32,000 bases of DNA, taken from positions 1,230,001 through 1,262,000 of the forward strand of contig NZ_JAGIOS010000002.1 in the NCBI RefSeq assembly GCF_017876815.1, read 5' to 3'. The position numbers and the translations under genes were made by a program. The first letter of the stretch is position 1. Every line of letters begins with the position of its first letter. Below are positions 26,538 through 32,000 of this stretch, piece by piece. The notes under the pieces are model-generated. The model did not search any database. It saw only the letters and a program-made list of their open reading frames with translations, and had not been told where the DNA came from. The DNA is from Sinorhizobium meliloti (lineage in GTDB: Bacteria; Pseudomonadota; Alphaproteobacteria; Rhizobiales; Rhizobiaceae).

Positions 26538-26579
26538 TTGCACCATCGATTGTGCAAAAAAGAAATATCGATTGTGCAA
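26538..26579. promoter_or_regulatory. LacI-type operator palindrome plus a repeated half-site
   Basis: TTGCACCATCGATTGTGCAA (26538-26557) is palindromic at 18 of 20 positions around a central CG. ATCGATTGTGCAA occurs at 26545-26557 and again at 26567-26579, 22 nt apart. A third GTGCAA lies at 26632-26637. Confidence 0.6.
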
Positions 26580-26710
26580 GTTGTTGGTGCCGTCTGAGGA
26601 GGCGGCCGTCAGCGGCGGGATATCCCCTTCCGTGCAAAAGAATTAAGCTGGAGGCCGGCGCGTGAAGCGCCCGGGAGCGTTCCCCTCGGGGAAACATGTG
26701 GAGGAGAAAC

Positions 26711-27703
26711 ATGATCAAGAAAATTCTTGCCGCCGCTCTGGCGGCGTCGCTTTCGCTTGCGGGTGCCTATACCGCCGCGGCGCAGGATACGGGCAAGGTC
26801 GGTGTCGTCGTCAAGATCGGCGGCATACCGTGGTTCAACGCCATGGAGGCGGGTATCAAGGAGCGCGGCGAAAAGCTTGGCGTCGACGCTTTCATGGTCG
26901 GGCCGACCAGTGCCGACCCGGCACTGCAGGTTCGCGCGATCGAAGACCTGATCGCCCAGAACGTCAAGGTGATCGGCGTCGTACCCAACGACGCCAAGGT
27001 GCTGGAGCCGGTGCTCACCAAGGCCAGGGAAAAGGGCATCATCGTCATTACGCATGAATCCCCCAGCCAGAAGGGCGCGGATTGGGATTTCGAGCTCGCG
27101 TCCGCCACCGGCTTCGGTGAGGCGCATGCAAAGCTGCTTGCGGAGAAAATGGGCGGCAAGGGCGAATATGCCGTCTTCGTAGGCTCGCTGACCGTGCCGC
27201 TGCACAATGCCTGGGCCGACGCAGCAATTGAATACATCAAGAAGAACCATCCCGAGATGACGCTTGTCGGCGATCGTTATGGCGTCGCAGAGGATGTGGA
27301 CAAGAGCCGTTCGACGGCGCTCGATCTGATCTCCGCTCATCCGGATCTCAAAGGCTTCCTTGCCTTCGGAAGTCAGGGCCCAATTGGTGCCGGGCGCGCT
27401 ATCGAGGAGCGCCGCAAGGTCGGCGAAATCTTCGTTCTCGGGCCTTTCTCGCCCGGCCAGGGCCAGAAGCTCATCAAGTCCGATGCCATTTCCGGCGGCT
27501 TCATGTGGAATCCCAAGCAGGCCGGCGAAGTCTTCGTGACGCTCGCCGCCAAGCTCATGAAGGGCGAGGAAATCAAGGACGGCGAGGAAATCGAAGGTCT
27601 CGGCGTGATCCACCCCGACTTCGAAAATCGAAACATCATCGTCGACCAGCTCGTGCCGATCAACAAGGAGACGGTCGCCGACCTCGCCGCGATGGGTCTC
27701 TGA
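26711..27703 (+). CDS. sugar ABC transporter substrate-binding protein (CUT2, RbsB/LsrB-like)
   Basis: 330 aa from ATG 26711, with GAGGAG 4 nt upstream. Signal peptide MIKKILAAALAASLSLAGAYTAAAQ. The fold blocks are type-I PBP. Confidence 0.88.
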   Translation: MIKKILAAALAASLSLAGAYTAAAQDTGKVGVVVKIGGIPWFNAMEAGIKERGEKLGVDAFMVGPTSADPALQVRAIEDLIAQNVKVIGVVPNDAKVLEPVLTKAREKGIIVITHESPSQKGADWDFELASATGFGEAHAKLLAEKMGGKGEYAVFVGSLTVPLHNAWADAAIEYIKKNHPEMTLVGDRYGVAEDVDKSRSTALDLISAHPDLKGFLAFGSQGPIGAGRAIEERRKVGEIFVLGPFSPGQGQKLIKSDAISGGFMWNPKQAGEVFVTLAAKLMKGEEIKDGEEIEGLGVIHPDFENRNIIVDQLVPINKETVADLAAMGL

Positions 27704-27716
27704 ACGGACAGAAGTT

Positions 27717-27742
27717 GGGCGGGAGCCAAGCGCATCCCGCCC
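27717..27742 (+). promoter_or_regulatory. intercistronic hairpin after the sugar SBP gene
   Basis: GGGCGGGA (27717-27724) pairs with TCCCGCCC (27735-27742) across a 10-nt loop. It lies 14 nt after the SBP stop. Confidence 0.5.
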
Positions 27743-27811
27743 CACCAACGGGTTCTCCCGGCTGCTGGGCCGGCTCCGGCCGGCTTGGCAGATCCTCTGG
27801 AAACACCATCG

Positions 27812-29341
27812 ATGGGCCTCGACAGCATGCACCAGTCGGCAAGCGCGGCGAGCACGGACAAGCCGCTTCTGTCTCTTCGCAACATCAACATGACCTTTGG
27901 CGGCGTCAAAGCACTGAAGAATGTGAGCTTCGAGGTGCGCCCGGGCGAGGTCCATTGCCTCGCCGGAGAGAATGGCTGCGGCAAGAGCACGCTCATCAAG
28001 GTGATCACGGGTGTCTATCGCCCCGCGGAGGGGGCGGTGATCGAATATGACGGCGAAACCTATCCGCATATGTCGCCGGTTACGGCACAGGACCGCGGCA
28101 TTCAGGTCATCTGGCAGGATCTTGCGCTTTTCCCGGAAATGACCGTCGCGGAAAACATCGCCTTCCACGAGGTGCTCGGCGGCCGGCCGCGGCTGGTGGA
28201 TTACGGCCGCATGCGTAGGATCGCGGTGGATGCGCTGGGCCGCCTCGGCATCACGCTCGACGTCGACCTACCGCTCAAGGAATATGCGATCGCCCAGCGT
28301 CAGATCGTGGCGATTGCCCGGGCGCTCGTCGGTGAGGCGAAGCTGGTCTTCATGGACGAGCCGACCGCATCGCTGACGCAGTCGGAGACGGACCATCTGC
28401 TCGAAATCGTCCGTAGCCTGTCCGCCTCGGGCGTCGCGGTCGTCTTCGTCAGCCATCGGCTTGCCGAGGTGCTGGAGATTTCAAGCCGGATCACGGTCTT
28501 GCGCGACGGCGCGCTGGTCGGGGTCTATCCCGCAGCCGGCATGACGCAGTCGAAAATCACCGAACTCATGACCGGCAAGACCTTCGATCAGCACGTCCGC
28601 GCGCGCCCGAAGACGGACCAGCCGGCCGTTCTCGAGGTTCGCGGCCTGACGAGGCCGGGCGACTTCGAAGACATTTCGCTGACCGTTCGCCGCGGCGAAA
28701 CGGTCGGCATAACCGGCCTGCTCGGGGCAGGGCGGACCGAGCTGGCGCTCGCCCTCTTCGGCATGCTCAAGCCCGCAACCGGGACGATCAGTATCGATGG
28801 CCGGGAGGTCCGCTTCGGCTCGAACCGCGAGGCGATCAGGGCCGGCGTCGCATATCTGTCGGAGGACCGGTTGTCACTCGGACTCATCCAGCCGCAGCCG
28901 ATCGCCGACAATCTCGTTATCGCCTCGCTGCGCAAGATTCTCTCAGGGGGTCTTCTTTCCGAAGACCGCAAACGAAGTCTCGTCTCCCGGTGGATCGCCG
29001 ATCTCGGCGTCAAGATCGGCCATCAGGCCGACGCGATATCGACGCTTTCCGGCGGCAACCAGCAGCGCGTGGCGATCGCCAAATGGCTTGCCACCGATCC
29101 CAAACTGTTGATCCTCGATTCACCTACAGTCGGCGTCGACGTCGGGGCACGGGCCGGGATCTTCGACATCGTCGCCAAGCTCGCCGAGAGCGGGCTTGCG
29201 ATTATCCTGATCTCGGACGAGGTGCCGGAAGTCTATTTCAACGCCGACCGTGTCCTGCACATGGCGCAGGGCCGCATCGTCGGAACTTATGATCCGCGCC
29301 AGTCGCGGCTGGAAGAGATCGAGGCGGCCGTCTATGCGTAG
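27812..29341 (+). CDS. sugar ABC transporter ATP-binding protein with two NBDs (RbsA-like)
   Basis: NBD1 has GENGCGKST and LVFMDEPTASL. NBD2 has GLLGAGRTE, LSGGNQQRVAIA and LLILDSPTVGVD. The start is uncertain: ATG 27812, ATG 27827, or the track's TTG 27785. Confidence 0.88.
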   Translation: MGLDSMHQSASAASTDKPLLSLRNINMTFGGVKALKNVSFEVRPGEVHCLAGENGCGKSTLIKVITGVYRPAEGAVIEYDGETYPHMSPVTAQDRGIQVIWQDLALFPEMTVAENIAFHEVLGGRPRLVDYGRMRRIAVDALGRLGITLDVDLPLKEYAIAQRQIVAIARALVGEAKLVFMDEPTASLTQSETDHLLEIVRSLSASGVAVVFVSHRLAEVLEISSRITVLRDGALVGVYPAAGMTQSKITELMTGKTFDQHVRARPKTDQPAVLEVRGLTRPGDFEDISLTVRRGETVGITGLLGAGRTELALALFGMLKPATGTISIDGREVRFGSNREAIRAGVAYLSEDRLSLGLIQPQPIADNLVIASLRKILSGGLLSEDRKRSLVSRWIADLGVKIGHQADAISTLSGGNQQRVAIAKWLATDPKLLILDSPTVGVDVGARAGIFDIVAKLAESGLAIILISDEVPEVYFNADRVLHMAQGRIVGTYDPRQSRLEEIEAAVYA

Positions 29342-30335
29342 CTTGATCCGCACTCACGCGACGGAATTTTCGCTGCTGGCGGTGATCGTCATCATCAGCG
29401 CCGTGCTCTCCTTCGCGACGGCGAATTTCTTCTCGCTCGGCAACGCCTTCGATCTTCTGAACATCAGCGCCGTCAACATCATCTTCGCTGTCGGCCTCCT
29501 GGTGGTGCTGATCGCCGGCGGCATCGATATCTCCTTCGCCGTGGCCGCTTCCGTCGTCCAATACGGCACGGCGATCGCGCTCGGCTGGATCGGCGGCGGC
29601 GGTTGGATCTCCGGGCTTCTCATCGCGGGCTCCTTGGGCGTGCTGCTCGGCTGCTTCAACGCCTTTCTGATCCACCGCTTCCGGATCATTTCGATCGTCG
29701 CCACGATCTCCACCTTCAATATCTATTTCGGATTGCTGATGTTCTTCACCCGGGGCGTATCGATCTACGACCTGCCCGACTGGCTGACGGACCGCGTGAT
29801 CCTCTTCGAGCGTGAAATGCCCGACGGTACCTGGATCGAGATCACGCTTCCGGTTCTCGTCATGATCGTCTGCGTCATTGCCACATGGACGCTGATCACG
29901 CGGACCACGACCGGCCGCCAGCTTTACGCCTTCGGCGACAATCCGGAAGGCGCCCGGCGCTTCGGCATCAATATCGGTGCCATGCAATTCATTGCCTTCG
30001 GCTGGCTTGGCCTGATGGCCGGCATCGGCGGTCTCATCCAGGCGCATTATGCTCAGGAAGTCGTGCCGAATGCGCTTTATGGCCGCGAACTCGACGTGCT
30101 CGCCGCGGTCGTGCTCGGCGGCGCGCGCCTCGGCGGCGGCAAGGGCACCGTGCTCGGCTGCGTGCTCGGCGTGCTTCTGATCTCGATCACCCAGAACGGT
30201 TTGAATCTGATGGGCGTGTCGCCCTTCGCCTTCAAGATGATCATCGGCGCCATCATCCTGATCGCCATCACCCTTTCCAACACGCGGATCGAGCGCCTGC
30301 TGCCTTTTGTCGGTCAGAAGGGAACGGGACGATGA
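29334..30335 (+). CDS. sugar ABC transporter permease (RbsC-like)
   Basis: 333 aa from ATG 29334, an 8-nt overlap with the ATPase gene. It is multi-TM and has the block GRELDVLAAVVLGGARLGGGKGTV. Confidence 0.88.
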   Translation: MRSLIRTHATEFSLLAVIVIISAVLSFATANFFSLGNAFDLLNISAVNIIFAVGLLVVLIAGGIDISFAVAASVVQYGTAIALGWIGGGGWISGLLIAGSLGVLLGCFNAFLIHRFRIISIVATISTFNIYFGLLMFFTRGVSIYDLPDWLTDRVILFEREMPDGTWIEITLPVLVMIVCVIATWTLITRTTTGRQLYAFGDNPEGARRFGINIGAMQFIAFGWLGLMAGIGGLIQAHYAQEVVPNALYGRELDVLAAVVLGGARLGGGKGTVLGCVLGVLLISITQNGLNLMGVSPFAFKMIIGAIILIAITLSNTRIERLLPFVGQKGTGR

Positions 30336-31330
30336 CCACAGTCTTCGAAAGGATCAAGGCCGCCATAGGGCCGGAAATGGCCGGTCCGGGGCTCGCCTTC
30401 GTGGCTGTCGTGCTCGTTTTCGGGATCGCCTCACCGCAATTCCTGAGCGCCGCGACCTTCGGCTCCGTCGCCTTCCAGCTGCCGGAACTCGGACTCCTGA
30501 CGCTTGCCATGCTGCTGCCGATCCTGACGGGCGGCCTCAATCTCGCAATCACCTTCACCGCCAATCTTGCCGGACTGACCCTTGCCTGGGTCCTCAAGGC
30601 GAACGGAGGGGCCGACGCGGGCTTCGGCATCTTCCTCGTCGGTTCCCTCCTTGCCGTGATGGTCGGTGCGGCAAGCGGAGTCGTCATGGGCCTGGTGATC
30701 GCGTTCACACGCGCCCATCCGATCCTCGTCTCCCTGTCGATGATGATCTTCCTGCGCGGCCTCGGCGAGTTTCTGACGCGCGGGGGCGACATCTCCGGCT
30801 TCCCGCCCTTCGTCGGCGTGATCGGCCATGGCTCCGTCGCCGGCATTCCCGTGCCGCTGATCGTCTTCGTCGTCTGCGTGCTCGCCTGGCATCTGCTTCT
30901 CGGCCGCACAAAGCTCGGCTTCAACACCTATATGATCGGCTCGAATCTCGAGGCGACGCGCTATTCAGGCATCAACACGCGCAAGGCGATCGTGCTCGTC
31001 TACACGCTTTCCGGGGTCATGTGCGCGATAGCCGGCATCATCATGCTGGCACGCTTCAATTCGGTGCGCATCGGCCATGGCGAGTCCTACCTGCTGATCA
31101 CGGTGCTCGCGTGCTTCCTCGGCGGCGTCAATCCGTTCGGGGGCTTCGGCCGGGTGATCCCCGTCTTCGTCGCGTTGGTGGTGCTGCAGCTTCTCTCGTC
31201 CGGGCTCAATCTCATCGGAGCCAACCAGCATCTCGCGACCGCCGTCTGGGGCATCCTTCTCGTCGGCGTGATGATCCTGCGTTGGGCCGTTTCCAGGATC
31301 AAGATTTCAATTGTCAGAAGAGGATCATGA
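30332..31330 (+). CDS. sugar ABC transporter permease (second RbsC-like subunit)
   Basis: 332 aa from ATG 30332 (ATGA overlap). The upstream part of the track ORF (29885-30331) lies inside the previous permease gene in another frame. Confidence 0.88.
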   Translation: MTTVFERIKAAIGPEMAGPGLAFVAVVLVFGIASPQFLSAATFGSVAFQLPELGLLTLAMLLPILTGGLNLAITFTANLAGLTLAWVLKANGGADAGFGIFLVGSLLAVMVGAASGVVMGLVIAFTRAHPILVSLSMMIFLRGLGEFLTRGGDISGFPPFVGVIGHGSVAGIPVPLIVFVVCVLAWHLLLGRTKLGFNTYMIGSNLEATRYSGINTRKAIVLVYTLSGVMCAIAGIIMLARFNSVRIGHGESYLLITVLACFLGGVNPFGGFGRVIPVFVALVVLQLLSSGLNLIGANQHLATAVWGILLVGVMILRWAVSRIKISIVRRGS

Positions 31331-32000
31331 CGATGCAGGGTTTTGGCGTTCATACGAGCATGTGGACAATGAATTGGGACCGTCCCGGCGCCGAACGGGC
31401 GGTAGCCGCAGCGGTCAAATACAAGGTCGATTTCATCGAGATCCCGATGCTCAATCCGCCTGCCGTCGACACGGAGCACACCCGTGCCCTCCTCGAGAAG
31501 AACCGTCTGCGCGCGGTCTGCTCGCTCGGCCTGCCGGAGCGGGCCTGGGCCTCGGTTCGGCCCGAGGCGGCGATCGACCATCTGAAGATCGCGATCGACA
31601 AGACTGCCGATCTCGGCGGCGAGGCGCTGTCGGGCGTCATCTATGGCGGCATCGGCGAGCGCACCGGCGTGCCGCCGACCGTCGAGGAGTATGACAATAT
31701 CGCCCGCGTGCTGCAGGCCGCGGCCAAGCACGCCAAGTCGCGCGGCATTGAGCTTGGCGTCGAAGCCGTCAACCGCTACGAGAACCACCTGATCAATACC
31801 GGCTGGCAGGCGGTCAAGATGATCGAGCGGGTCGGAGCCGACAACGTCTTCGTGCACCTCGATACCTATCACATGAACATCGAGGAAAAGGGTGTCGGCA
31901 AAGGTATCCTCGATGCCCGCGAGCACCTGAAATACATCCATCTTTCCGAAAGCGACCGCGGCACGCCGGGCTACGGCACCTGCGGCTGGGACGAGATTTT
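31327..32000 (+). CDS. ketose 3-epimerase family enzyme (D-psicose/D-tagatose 3-epimerase-like TIM barrel), 3' end outside the window
   Basis: Not in the ORF track because it has no stop in-window. I translated it by hand: MTMQGFGVHTSMW...GVEAVNRYENHLINT...VHLDTYHMNIEEKG...KYIHLSESDRGTPGYGTCGWDEIF. The E..NR(Y/F)E and LDT(Y/F)HMNIEE blocks are the metal-binding signature of this family. An alternative start is ATG 31333. Confidence 0.8.
   Translation, partial: MTMQGFGVHTSMWTMNWDRPGAERAVAAAVKYKVDFIEIPMLNPPAVDTEHTRALLEKNRLRAVCSLGLPERAWASVRPEAAIDHLKIAIDKTADLGGEALSGVIYGGIGERTGVPPTVEEYDNIARVLQAAAKHAKSRGIELGVEAVNRYENHLINTGWQAVKMIERVGADNVFVHLDTYHMNIEEKGVGKGILDAREHLKYIHLSESDRGTPGYGTCGWDEI

Noticed and set aside
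29885-30331. 149-aa N-terminal extension of the second sugar permease ORF
   Set aside because: It lies inside the first permease gene in a different frame and is Arg/His/Asp-rich. ATG 30332 gives the expected ATGA coupling and a normal permease N-terminus.

Overview
High-GC, gene-dense window typical of Rhizobiaceae. I saw no rRNA, tRNA, CRISPR array or IS element. From motifs and gene order I recognise it as a Sinorhizobium (Ensifer) meliloti pSymB-like accessory region. That recognition is from memory, not from a search. Modules from left to right: (1) a truncated CDS plus a small STAS-like regulator, an SMP-30-type lactonase, a secreted DUF1236 glycine-zipper protein, and a divergent TetR/SDR pair. 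(2) An AraC-type regulator divergent from a six-gene, translationally coupled polysaccharide operon. The operon encodes UDP-xylose synthase, a UDP-sugar 4-epimerase, a processive GT2 synthase, DUF995, a GH26-like hydrolase and a second DUF995. This matches the c-di-GMP/CuxR-controlled arabinose-containing polysaccharide (aps) locus, uxs1-uxe-apsS-apsH1-apsE-apsH2. (3) A small lipoprotein and an ASKHA/ROK-like sugar kinase whose two halves are in swapped order, an apparent circular permutation. The kinase is divergent from an M42 metallopeptidase. (4) A DUF4287/VOC pair. (5) A Dpp-like peptide ABC importer (SBP, permease, fused permease-ATPase, ATPase) with a co-transcribed GntR/FadR regulator. 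(6) A 42-bp perfect palindrome, then asnO-ngg, the N-acetylglutaminylglutamine amide (NAGGN) osmoprotectant synthesis genes. (7) A LacI regulator with a repeated operator motif, divergent from a CUT2 sugar ABC transporter and a ketose 3-epimerase that runs off the window end. The items most worth follow-up are the aps locus details, the permuted kinase, the split NAGGN 'trio' with a peptide importer embedded in it, and the perfect palindrome. For aps these details are the AT-rich control region, the variant QxxRW motif, the absence of PilZ and of any outer-membrane exporter, and the twin DUF995 proteins. Most long opposite-strand or out-of-frame ORFs in the track are GC-driven artefacts.
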